A stretch of DNA of 63,974 nucleotides, the filler included, from Conidiobolus incongruus B7586 (Eukaryota): the NCBI GenBank assembly GCA_000697335.1. It is 12 parts of 12 records of this genome, joined end to end, with 100 filler letters (N's around TTAATTAATTAA, not from the genome) between each part and the next. Parts side by side here need not be neighbours in the genome. Positions count along the whole stretch, not along the records: positions 1 to 9,386 come from JNEM01007325.1; positions 9,487 to 25,764 come from JNEM01007326.1; 10 more parts are not named here. One strand, 5' to 3'. The notes beneath the pieces are model-generated. The model was not told where the DNA came from, made no database searches, and was given only the letters and a program-made list of their open reading frames with translations. Positions 1-12,191 of the stretch are shown piece after piece (the stretch's first letter is position 1; each line of letters begins with the position of its first letter). The translations under genes were made by a program, and so were the position numbers.

Positions 1-330
1 TAATTTTAAACCAAAAGATATTTTTTTTAAATTTTTAAATATAATAATAATATATTAACTATAAATCTTCTATATATTATTTAATATATATAAAGAGCTT
101 TTAATATTAAATACTAATATAATAAATTATTTAATACCAAGTAAATTAGTATAAGTTAAAAATTAATTTTTAATTTTATTATAATCTAAAAAACTAATAT
201 TAATTTTTTTATTGATTAATATAATTAAAATATATTAAAAAAGATTTTTCTATTTTAGTTAAATAATTTTCAAGATTCTTTTGATATTAGTTATATAGTT
301 TATTAATATCTATTAAAGTTTAAATATTAA
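1..330 (-). mobile_element. Highly degenerate mariner transposase fragment
   Basis: Residual similarity by eye to the 5' half of the minus-strand mariner copies (e.g. 15850-16300); almost all C/G lost. Confidence 0.4.
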
Positions 331-1233
331 ATAATTAATAAAAATATAAAATAAATAACCTAAAATATAAAATATAGGTTGAATAAAAGTTAAAATAGCA
401 TTATTAAATAAAAATTATTTAAAATAAAACTAAAGACCAAGGTTTTATTTTATATTATTAAAAATAATAAATATTTAACCTTTTTATATTAATTTTTATT
501 AAAACAAAAATAAAAATAATAAATTACATCAAATTAATCCCTTTTATAATATTATTATTATGGAAATTAAAAAATGACAAATTTTTTAATTTTTGATCTT
601 TCAAATATATTATATATTTTGAAAAATTATTTATATATAAAATAAATAGGAAAATATATATTTTCAATCTATATACATATTTTATTTTGATTTTTTTTAT
701 TAGTATATTTTAATTTTAAAATTTATATTTATATTTAATCATATTTAAATTAAATAATGATTATTAATAGGCTTTTATTTTTGTATCTTTAAAACTTAAC
801 CATAAACCCTCTAAAATCATCCAAAACTTACAAAAAACTTATAAAGATAGGGCTTTATTTAAAACTACCATATATCACTAGATTTGTGATTTTAATGCTA
901 AAAGGTACATTATTTAAAATTTATCAAAATCTAAAAACTAATTTCTATTATTATTTTGTTATTTACTAATAGAATAAAAAAATATATTAAGAAATACTTT
1001 TTTATCTCAACTAGTGAATTATTAAATTAATTTAATATTCATTATATAAATATATTATAAATACTTAAGTTTAAACTTAAATTAATTAATAAAATTATAA
1101 AATGGATATTTTATAATTTAACAGAAGTCTAAAAGAAAACTAGAGTAATTATAGCTAAATTAAACTTATTATAGTATAGCCAAAAATAAAAGTTTTTATA
1201 ATATATACTTATAATTAATAAATCTTAAATATT

Positions 1234-1635
1234 TATAAATATAATAATAAAAGGTTACTAATGTAATATAGTGGAAAACTTAATATAAAGGTAATATGGC
1301 ATAAAATATAGTAATATAATATAGAATATAATGTGAAAATATAAACAAAATTAAATTAAGCTTTAAATTAAGATAAGTCACTAATATATTAAGACTTATA
1401 TTAGGTAGTGTTAATATCCTATAATATTAATAAAACATAGTTTTAATTTTAAAAATAATGTAAACAATATGAAATAATAAAAATTAAGATAAAAAAAGGA
1501 ACCTAGTTTATTAAATAATTTAATGCTATTTATATAATAAGTTTAGTTATAAAAGTTTAGATTAACTTTATAATTAATAATTAATTAAATTATATAAGAA
1601 TATATATAAGAGTTTAGAGAGCTAATTTTTTATTA
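1234..1635. repeat. Solo LTR, family A, inserted in M1 transposase
   Basis: Aligns by eye to LTRs at 3426 and 63660; mariner sequence is collinear on both sides. Ends approximate. Confidence 0.8.
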
Positions 1636-2248
1636 ATTCCTTTATATAATCCTTAACCTAGAAATAAAACAAGGTGTTAAGTTAAATTAATCCCTTTTAT
1701 AAATTTTAATGAATAAGCATTTTAAATATAAGTGAAGGATAATTATTATAATGGATTATAATGATATATGGTTTTCTTATTTAATATCTTAAGGAAAATC
1801 AATTAATTGTTAATTATATATTAAATTTTTAAATAAAATAATTTCTCAGTGGTGTTTTTGATATAAATTAAAGATATTTATTATTTTGCATAAAAATTAC
1901 AAAATATATAAAACTAAAGCTATAGAAGATTATATATAGAAAAAAACTAAAGAGAGTTACCATATTTAATATACTTGCTTGATTATAACCCTTGTGGTTA
2001 TAGTTATTTAAATAATTAAAAAATTAGCTTGCAAAAAAAATTCTTATAAATAAAACTAAATTATTTTATAAAATATCAAATTTTAGTCTTTAATAAAAAG
2101 AACTATTTTTTAAATATTAGAAGCTTACTAAAAATATAGAAAAAAGTTATTAATAGTAAAACAAGCTATTATTTTTATATATTTAATAAATTTTATATAT
2201 TTTATATTAATCTATATATTTAATTTTAATTTTAAAATTATACTATTA

Positions 2249-5200
2249 TTAGTATAACAATTAAATAATGGTATAATTTTAAAATTCAAATTAAATAAAT
2301 AAAATAATAAATAATATAAAATTAAAAGCCTTTTTTATTATTAATAACTCTTTTCTATATCTTTAATAAGCTTTTAATACCTAAAAAATAGTTTTTATTA
2401 TTAAAGACAGAAATTTAATATTTTATAAACCAATTTAATTTATTTGCAAGAATTTTTTTTCTTGTAAGCTATTTTTTTAATTATCCAAAACAATTATAAT
2501 CATATGAGTTATAATCATGTGAATATACTAGATATAATAACTCCCTTTATTTTTTCTATATAAAAATTCTTTTAAAATTTTAATTTTATATATTTTGTAA
2601 TTATTATGCAAAATAATAGGTATTTTTAATTTATATTGAAAACACCATTTAAAGATTGTTTTGCTTTAAAAAGATATTATATAATTTACTATTAATTGAT
2701 TTTCCTGAGATATTAAATAAGAAAACCATATATCATTATAATCCATTATAATAATTATCCTACACTTATATTTAAAATGCTTATTCATTAAAATTTATAA
2801 AAGGGATTAATTTAACTTAACTTAACCCCTTGTTTTATTTCTAGGTTAAGGATTATATAAAAGATTTAAGATTCATCAATTATAAATATTAATTTTAAAA
2901 AACATTGTTTTTAGTTATACCTTAATAAGTTTAGTTTAGCTATAGCTACTTTAGTTCTTTTTTAAGCTTTTGTTAAATTATAAAAAATCCATTTAATTTT
3001 TTTTTAATTAATTTAAATATAAATTTAAGTAAATATAATAGCTTATATAATTAATATTAAATTGCTTTGATAACTCTCTAATAGAAATAAAAAGGTATTT
3101 TTTAATATATTTTTTTAATTTATTATTAAGTAAAAAAGTAACAATAGAAATGAATCTTTTAAATTTTAGTAAATTTTAAATATTGTCCCTTTTAGCTTTA
3201 AAATCACAAATCTAGCAATATATAGTAGTTTTAAATAAAGCATCATCTTTATAAGTTATTTGCAAGTTTTAAATGATTTTAGAGGGTTTATGGTTAAGTT
3301 TTAAAGATATAAGAATAAAAGCCTTTTGATAATCATAATCTAGTTTAAGTATAATTAAATTTAAGTGTAAATTTTAAAATTAAAATATTTTAATAAAAAA
3401 AATAATTAAAAATTGATATATATATTGTAAGTATAGTAGTAAATACAGATATAATATAGAGAAAAACTTAATATAAAAATAAGATGACATAAAATATAAT
3501 ATTATAATATAATAATAGTATACAAATATAAACAAACTTTAATTAAGCTTTAAATTAGGATAAGTCACTAATATATTAAGATTTATATTGGGTAATGTTA
3601 ATATACTATGATATTAACAAGATATAGTTTTAATCTTAGAAATAGTGAAAAAAATAAAGAATAGTAAGAATTAAGAAGAAAAAGAAGAACCTAGTTTATT
3701 AGATAATTTAATGCTATTTATATAATTAATTTAGTTCTAAAAGTATAAATTAATCATATAATTTATAGTAAATTGAATTATATAAAAATATATATAAGAA
3801 TTTAAAGAACTAGTCTTTTAATACTCCCTTTATAAGTCTCTTAGAAGAGACACACTCTTTAGATTTTTGTAAATAGGTATAATAAGTTGAGATATTCTTA
3901 ATATTTTCTAAAGGTTCTTATATAACTTCTTTAATAAGATAACCCATCTATTCTATATAGAAATAAAGCTTATTCCTAATAGATTTAGATTTAATTATAT
4001 AATCAACATAGTATTCTTTTTGTCAATTTTAATTAATAATTAAATCTAGTTTTGGGGTTTTTAATTGATTAAGAAAAATATCAAAATCTTCATAATAAGG
4101 TTTGATTCTGGATATGTAAAAGGTAAAGTTAATCTTTAAAGTTAGGGATAATTCTAAGATAATATTTTTAAAATTTGAATCAATAAATTAAATTTGATAA
4201 AGACTATAATATAATAGCAAGTATTTTAGATTTAAGTAAAATTTAAGTAAGGTAAGTTTAAAAGCAAATTATTCTAAGTATATAAACTTATTAGTTTTAT
4301 ATTTAAGAGGATTCCTAAATAACTTTAAATATTATTATTTTATAATCTTTTAATTTTCTTGCAAGTTAAATTTAATAAAATAATTGATATATTTGATATT
4401 AGATTAAAATTCAACAACATCTAAAGATATCTTGATTTAAAGTTTTAAAACAATTATTGAGTTAGGATATTTGTTATAATTAATGAAATAAAGGCTAAAA
4501 CTTGTTAATTTGTTGATAAAGGTATTAAATGAATATTGAAGTTGATAGATATAGATATATTAATTTAACTAATTAATGTTAATATAAGCTCTAATTATTT
4601 GCTTTAAGGTTTTAATAATATTTCAATAAGTTTATTAGTTTAGTAATGATTAGTAATAGATATAGTTAGATTAACCTTGAAGGAAAAGGATAATAACTTC
4701 TAAAATTAGGAGTTGAATTACATATCTCTATTAAATATAATAGTTTTTGGAATTTTATAATAGGTAAAAATATTAGAGAATAATAGTTTTATAATATTTT
4801 TAACTATAGAAGTTTTAAAACAGGGAATAAAATAAGTATATTTAGAGAATGAATCAATTACAATTAATAAGTTAATATAACTAATTGTTGATTTAAAGAT
4901 TTCTATAAAATTAAGTTAGATTTGTTATTAAATCTCATTAGGGATTTATAAGGGAATAAGTTTACTATATTTTATTTGTGTATTATATTTAGTTCTTTAG
5001 TATATATCACAGGTATTAATATATTTCTAAACTAATTTAATTAAAAAAAGCTAGTAATATTTTATTTTAATTCTCTTAGCAATTTTTAACTAGTTTTGAT
5101 ATCCTCTAATAGGTAAATTATAACACTTATCAAATATTACTTATTAGATCTTAAGGATATTAAAGATATACAGACAATTATTATAGTATAGTAAGTTATT

Positions 5201-8200
5201 AATGATTTTCAATCTTTTGATATTTTTTAGTTAGTTTTTTAATAATTTAGAGAGTTCTTCTTTAATTAAAATAAAGAAATTATTATTTGGTAGTGTTTTT
5301 TAAAGTAATTTAATAAATTCTTTATTTCCTTTATTAATAATCATTATGTTAATTTTTGCTGGGTTTTTGCAATTAGAATAAAAGGATAGGTATATAAGAT
5401 TTCTTAACAAAATATCTATAACATGATTTTATTAACCTAAGAGATATTAGATAAAGAAAAGATATGCTTAGATAGTTTTAATTTATTTAACTTATGTTCT
5501 TAATAAATACTTTTGAGTGTTTAAATAAATAAGTAATTAATAATCTATAAATGTTAGGAAAAGGTTATAAAACAAAAAATATAAATGATTTTTAATTATT
5601 TCTACTAAAGCAAAAAGTTTTTGTTTATAAACTAGGTATTTTAGTTTAGCTAGCTTTATTTTTCTTAACCAGAATATTATAAGCTTTAAGATAATATTTG
5701 TAGGGTTAAACTTAATTTATTCTCCTTTATTTATTATTTTATCCTATAGTTAAAAGGTAAAATATGAATTAAATTCAAATTAAGCTAAATATCCACAAAT
5801 TATAAAAGAATTAGAGTTAGTAAAAATAATGGTAGATAGTTTAAGATTAAAAATAAATAAAGCAAAAGTATTAATAATATAGAAAATTAAAACATTTATA
5901 TAAAAAGTATATAGTAGGATTTATTCAAAAAGAGAGTTTTTTCTTAAAAGATTAGTTAAAAGAGTTATAAGTTCAACAAAAGAATTAATTAAATCTTTAA
6001 AGTAATTTAATAATCTAAGTATAAATATATATTGATCTTGATTTATAAATATAGTAAAGGCTCTTATATCATTAAGTTTAATTAAATCAATGCTAATTCT
6101 TTAGGAAGGAACAATATAACTATTAAAAAAGATAGAAGAGATATTAAAAATATATTTTGATAACTTTAAAGGTAATTTATATCTTTGAATAATTTGTAGG
6201 ATTTAATTTACATGTTAAATATATTCCTCTTTAGTTTTTAAGTAGATTAAGATATTATTAAAGTAAGTAATAATACAGTTATTAAAAATAAAGTTGAAAA
6301 GGGAATTAATAAATTAAGTGAAAGTTGCAGGGGTATTATATAATCTAAAGTTTATAATAGTAAATTTATAAAAGCTTAATAGAGTATTAAAAACATTTAA
6401 GGGAATAAAATTTTCTTTAACTTTAATGTTATAATAACTATTTCTAATATCTAATTTAGCAAATATAATAGATTTAAGTAGTTTATCTTTAATATTATAT
6501 AGGTTTAATAATAAAGTTTTATCCTTTATAGTTTTAAAGTTTAAAACATAGTTATCAATATATAGTCTTTAACCACCATTAACCTTTTGTATAAAGAGGA
6601 TAAAAGATTCTTATAATGAGGAAAAAGGTTTGATATACTTATTTTCCAGTAATTTTTAGATTTCTTCTTTTAAAGTTTAATATTATTCAGGAGATAAATG
6701 ATAAGTAGGCTTTAAGTATAGTTATATATCTAAAAGAAGTTTATTTTTGTGTTTAATATTATATTTAAAAGGTAATTTACTCATAAGTTGAAAAACATTA
6801 GCAAATTAACTTATTGTATTGTATAGAAAGTGGTTATTAGTTATAATTTCATTGAAATTAAAAAATAAGATACTAATAGATGAATAATAAACAAATATAT
6901 ATTTTTATAAATTATTAAGGTTATTAATTAGTTTTTTACATTGGTTTTTACTTATAATAATAAAATTAATTGATATAATTATAGAGTTGGTATTAGGTAG
7001 GGTATTTAGTAGTTTTATAATAAGGTAATATAAATTTTTTGAGATTAATTCTACTAAATTCTTTTAAAATATAAATAAAATAGATTTGTAACTTCTAAAG
7101 TAATACTTATAGATAAAAAACTATAGTATTCAAACTAATTTTAACTTAGTATAAAACTATAACTAATGTTACCAACTAGGAATTTAATATATTAAGAGTA
7201 GTTAAGAGGTAGTGATAAGTATCTAGATATAGTGTTAGATGCTTGTTTAATTAAATTATTAGCATATTTAATTATTAAACTACTTTTTTAAATAGGTAAA
7301 GATAGTTTTGTAATAATAAAAGAAGAGATAAAATAACTAGAATAACCAGAGTTAATTAAAACATTAACAGGTATATTTATAAAATATCTAGTTAAGACTA
7401 ATAATAGGGTGATAGTTAAAGGTAAAAAATTACAAAACAGATTAATTACTAGAATATTTCTAGTTTCTAATGGTTTAATTAGTTAGATCTCTCTAGTATA
7501 TATAGTTTAATCTATAGAATCATTAGTCTATTAAAACTTTTATAGATTAGATTAGAATCTGGTAACTAATTATAAAAGAGGTAATTCTAAAGAAATATTA
7601 ATATTATTCAAGTTTGATTTATAATTGGTAGATTAAGATTGTTGAGAATTAGACAAATATTGCTTTTTAAGAAGATACTTATCAGCTTTATAATTAACTT
7701 GTGTCTTTTAGCAATAATAGCAACCTTTATTTATTTTCAAGTAAGCTTTAACTTCTTTATTAAAAGTTTTCTCATAGAGCTTTTAAGCAGAAACATCTAT
7801 TATTTAAGATTTAAGTAGATTAGAGTAGGTTTTAAAGGATTAATTCTTAAGGTAAAAAAATTTAGTTATAGAATAAAAGATATTATTAATTATAATTACT
7901 ATATTACAATTATTAGAAAAAAACATATTATTAAAATATTCCTTGCTAATTAACTAGAGTTTTACTTGAGGGTTAAAGCATTATAATAACTTGTGGATTT
8001 ATTCTTCAGTGATATTTAATATGTTTAAATATATCTCATAAAATTTCTCAATCAATTATCTTATAGAAGTTTTCTATTTAAGTTAAGAAAACTTTTCTCT
8101 TATTATCAAATTTAATCTTTTAGGTAATACCTTTCTTTAAAAGCTTTTTCCAACTATTTAAAGGTTTATATTTTTGTAGTAAGTTATCCCCTTAAAAACT

Positions 8201-9309
8201 CTTTAGAAATAAGCTTATAATGAGTTAACTACCAAGTAAAAATAGATTTTTCTAAAAAAAAGTGGTTAATTTAAAGATATTCTCTAGATCTTTATTAGGA
8301 ATTAAATTAAAATAATTATTTATATTTTTAAAGTAGTTTTCAAGCTTGTAGAGGTTTTTAAAACTATTATAAATATTTAGTTTGTTTTTAAAAACACTAA
8401 AAAAGTAGTTTAATATATTACTTATAGTAAAGTAACTAGTTTGTTAGATTTAAGCTTTTTGAGTTATATTTTTCTTAACCAGAAGTTATTTAATATAAAC
8501 TTCTTAGAGGGTAACAAACTTTTAAAGATTAAAGTTTTAGATTCACTCAATAATTAAGATATTAATATTATTAAAGTAATATAAGGGTATCTTTTTTTAG
8601 TTCTATTATAATGTATAATATTAAATTAGAATAAAATAAACTATAAATAAAATTTAAAATAGCAATAAATAGATTTAATATAAGTAATTATTAATTTCTA
8701 ATAGGTTTTTAATAGTTTTGTTGCTGTTATTATATAAACATAGTAGTAAATACTGATATAGTATAGAGGAAAACTTAATATAAAAATAGTGTGATATAGA
8801 ATATAGTATTATAATATAGTTATAGTGTGCAAATATAAAAATAGTGTGATATAGAATATAGTATTATAATATAGTTATAGTGTGCAAATATAAACAAAGT
8901 TTAATTAAGCTTCAAACTGGGATGAGTCACTAATATATTAAGATGTATATTGGGTAGTGTTAATATACTATAATATTAACAAGATATAGTTTTAATTTTA
9001 GAAATAGTGAAAAGATAAAGAATAGTAAGAATTGAGAAGAAAAAGAAAAACCTAGTTTATTAGATAATTCAATATTATTTATATAATTAATTTAGCTATA
9101 AAAGTATAAATTAATTATATAATTTATAGTTAATTGAATTATATGAAAGTATATATAAGAATTTAAAGAACTAGTTTCTTAACATATATAGTTTGAAAAT
9201 ATTTATTTTTTTATATATTATATATATATATATATAATCTTTCAAAATATATAATATGTTTGAAAAAGCAATAATTAAAAAATTTGCTATTTTTTAATAT
9301 CTATACTAA
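2249..9309 (-). mobile_element. Mariner copy M2, degenerate, split by LTR element A
   Basis: TIR TTAGTATAACAATTAAATAATGG at 2249 and its counterpart ending at 9309; minus-strand transposase relic 2330-3340; flanked by TA. Confidence 0.8.
3426..9184 (-). mobile_element. Ty3/gypsy chromovirus-type LTR retrotransposon (family A), full length but hypermutated
   Basis: LTRs 3426-3823 and 8733-9184 (TG...CA), TSD TATAT (3421-3425 / 9185-9189). Minus-strand relics: gag CCHC knuckle (CYYC*KTQVNYKADKY, ~7700), protease LINSG (=DSG, ~7350), RT YFNN (=YLDD, ~6260), integrase, chromodomain (EYYVDYII...IE*MGY...*EPLENI, ~3900-4015), PPT AAGGGAG next to the 3' LTR. Confidence 0.9.
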
Positions 9310-9386
9310 TATTTAATTTTTGTATTAATATTTTAAATAATAAATATAACTATATATAAAGATTTATTATTGAAATATATTATATA

Positions 9387-9486
9387 NNNNNNNNNNNNNN
9401 NNNNNNNNNNNNNNNNNNNNNNNNNNNNNNTTAATTAATTAANNNNNNNNNNNNNNNNNNNNNNNNNNNNNNNNNNNNNNNNNNNN
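9387..9486. other. Artificial gap linker (also 25765, 30765, 32561, 43804, 45517, 47536, 55458, 57089, 59841, 62661; 100 bp each)
   Basis: Identical N44-TTAATTAATTAA-N44 spacer with stops in all six frames. Confidence 0.97.
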
Positions 9487-10454
9487 TTATTTTTATTTAA
9501 TTTTAAATTTAAATTCTTTAATAATAATATTTACTCTTCTTTTTTAATAAAATTATTTTTAAATAATATTTTAATATTAATTATAAAATTATTCAAATTG
9601 AAATAAAAATAAACTTTTTAATCAAAAATAACTAGAAAATACCATTATATTTAATATATTCCTTATACTATAACCTATATGATTATAATTAATTTAAATT
9701 ATTTAAAAAATAATTAATAAGAACAAAAACTTTTATATAAAAATTTAATTAATTTATCAAATATTATATTATGATCATTAATAGAAAGCTATTTTTTAAA
9801 TAATCGAAATTTTCCAAAGTAAATCAAAAAGTTATTAATAATAAAATAAAATATTAAATTTATATGATATATATATTAAATTTTTTTCTTAATTATAAAA
9901 ATTCTTATTATTGAAATTATAAAATAATAATAAGTTTTTAAATATATATAATAAATAATTTAATAAATGAAATTGGAAATAAATTTATAATAATTATATT
10001 CAATTAATTTAAAATATTTTCAAATCATAAAATAATAAATTAAATTTATATATTGAAATAATTATATTAAAAATACATTCCTTATTCCAAAAACTCAAAA
10101 ATAAATTAATAAATTTAAATAATATAAGAATAAAATATATGTTAAATGATATTAAAATCAATTTAAAGAATTATTGAGAAGTTTATAGATTGAAATTAAA
10201 GTTTATTAATCAATAAAATATGAATATATTTTACAAACTTTATGCTTTAATAACTCATATTCTCTCATTTCAAAAATTACTTTATAATTTTATATATTAT
10301 ATAGTTTGTCTAATGAAATTTTTTAAAAATTAATCAAAACAAATTTTAGATTATATGAAACATATCATAGTTATTAATTAATAAGAAATCAATGTATCAT
10401 AAAATATTAGTTTAAATCATCAATATTTATTAACCTATCTAAAATTAATAATTA

Positions 10455-11333
10455 TCAATTATAAGAAGGATAATAACTATTCCGTTTAGGAATACCAAAT
10501 GTTTGAATCCAATAATCACCCACTCTAGCAGCTCCAAATTCCTTGTATTCTCTGTTTAAAATATTTCTCTTGTGGCCGGAACTGTTAATCCATTTTTTAA
10601 ATACATCTTCTTCCGATTTACCCCAAGCTGCATTTTCACCTACATAGGTACTGCCATAACCACATTCTTTACCGCGTTGTCCGGGTGATTTACCATCTCC
10701 TGAGTCATGAGTTACTTGATTTTTGTCGCGTTGAATAGTTGCTTGCCAGACAGCTGCACGGATGAGGTTTTGATTAATCTTTAGAGGAGGGGCATTGGAT
10801 TGAGCACGTGCGTCATTTACTAATTTCAACATTTTGTTAATGTCGTGATTAGGTTCAGCGGAGTATTGAACACATTTGCCAGTTGGCGGATTGCCTTCGG
10901 GGATGTTATGGTTTTCACTAGGGGGAGATTGTTGTTCAGGTTTCTCGGCTGGGGGAGATTGGTTACCAGGCATTTGATCACCAGATTGATTGGGAGGATA
11001 TTGTTTACCAGAGCTTTGATTATCTTCCGTTTCTTGAGTTGGAGGAGACTGCATCCGAGGATATTGTCTACCAGGTTTTTGATCACCATCTGGGCGTTGA
11101 ATTTGACCAGGCTTAGGTAAACCGGGGCATTGATCATAAGAGAACCAATGTGGTAAAGATTGTGGATGATGGGCCTGACCATTTTCGTCAATTACAGTCA
11201 CTTCCCGATTACCTGAATAGGATGACTTCATAATACCGCCTTGAGATTCCGATGACATAATTGAAACAATACCTGCGCCGATACCAGTGGCTAAACTTAA
11301 AACGAAGAAGGTGATGATTGAATTCAATTTCAT
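10455..11333 (-). CDS. Secreted CAP/SCP (PR-1-like) domain protein with Pro/Gln/Ser-rich N-terminal linker, 292 aa
   Basis: ATG at 11333, signal-peptide-like MKLNSIITFFVLSLATGIGA; C-terminal CAP motifs MLKLVNDAR, VTHDS, VGENAAWG, WINSSGHKRNIL, FGAAR, YWIQTFG; single exon. Confidence 0.9.
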   Translation of the reverse strand: MKLNSIITFFVLSLATGIGAGIVSIMSSESQGGIMKSSYSGNREVTVIDENGQAHHPQSLPHWFSYDQCPGLPKPGQIQRPDGDQKPGRQYPRMQSPPTQETEDNQSSGKQYPPNQSGDQMPGNQSPPAEKPEQQSPPSENHNIPEGNPPTGKCVQYSAEPNHDINKMLKLVNDARAQSNAPPLKINQNLIRAAVWQATIQRDKNQVTHDSGDGKSPGQRGKECGYGSTYVGENAAWGKSEEDVFKKWINSSGHKRNILNREYKEFGAARVGDYWIQTFGIPKRNSYYPSYN

Positions 11334-12158
11334 TGTAGTAATCAGATTTAAGTTATAATGCTTTGCAACAATCACGAATTGATGACGCTTGAGATTAATT
11401 TTAACCGTGATATATATACTAGCAGCAATCTAACACGACATTGGGTTTGGCGTAATTAATCGATAATAGATGATTAATTACATGTCAATACGGGTTGCAA
11501 TTCAATTCATCAGTTTGAATTTTTCTGATATCCTGCATTCTGAATACACCGAATCAAAAGACTGGTATCATGGTACAAATTATTGATTATACCGAAATTA
11601 TATTATTTAATAGAATAATAATGAAAATACGATTGTTGGATTGTGAAAGTGACAAGATTGACTCAATATAAAATACACAACTATGAATTTTTATACTCAT
11701 TTTATGTTAATTAGCATTTAAAATGAATATCATTTGTATTGTAACTAGGTTAGTTGAGAGTTGAATTTCAGTAATTCATTTTCTTCAAATATTCACTAAG
11801 TCCAAACCACTCTCACTCATATACTGTATTTAATTAACTGCCATATTTAATCCTAATTGGTACAAAACTTGTTATATTATGCAATGCTAATCTCAAGGTC
11901 AATTTTACAATTATTGCTAACTTAACCTATAATCTGAATATATCATTTTCAAACTCATTTTTTGTTATTGATATATAATATTAAATGAAACATTGAAATT
12001 TTCGGATTACTATATATTATGAATAATTCGAATTATGTAATGTTTCTGGAATATTTGATAAGTTAAATATTTGATCAATATTTGAGAAATTTAAATTTGT
12101 GTTAATAAATTTTTAAATTAATATACTTATCAATGTAAAATATATGTTATTTTTTGAA

Positions 12159-12191
<33 letters not shown>

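Larger units (their letters stand above)
555..9328 (+). mobile_element. Mariner (DD34D) copy M1, degenerate; body 555-2248, right TIR completed at 9312-9328
   Basis: Left TIR TTATTATGGAAATTAAAAAATGACAAATTT at 555; transposase relic (LKLNHKPSKIIQNLQ near 790, DYNPCGY near 1980). Interrupted by a solo LTR and, inside its right TIR, by M2 at a duplicated TA (2247-2248 / 9310-9311). Confidence 0.75.

Noticed and set aside
9431..9442. Recurrent TTAATTAATTAA palindrome
   Set aside because: Always centred in N-runs of fixed length; an assembly linker, not biology.
10826..11191. ORFs 10826-11191 (-) and 10845-11120 (+)
   Set aside because: Shadow frames of the CAP gene.
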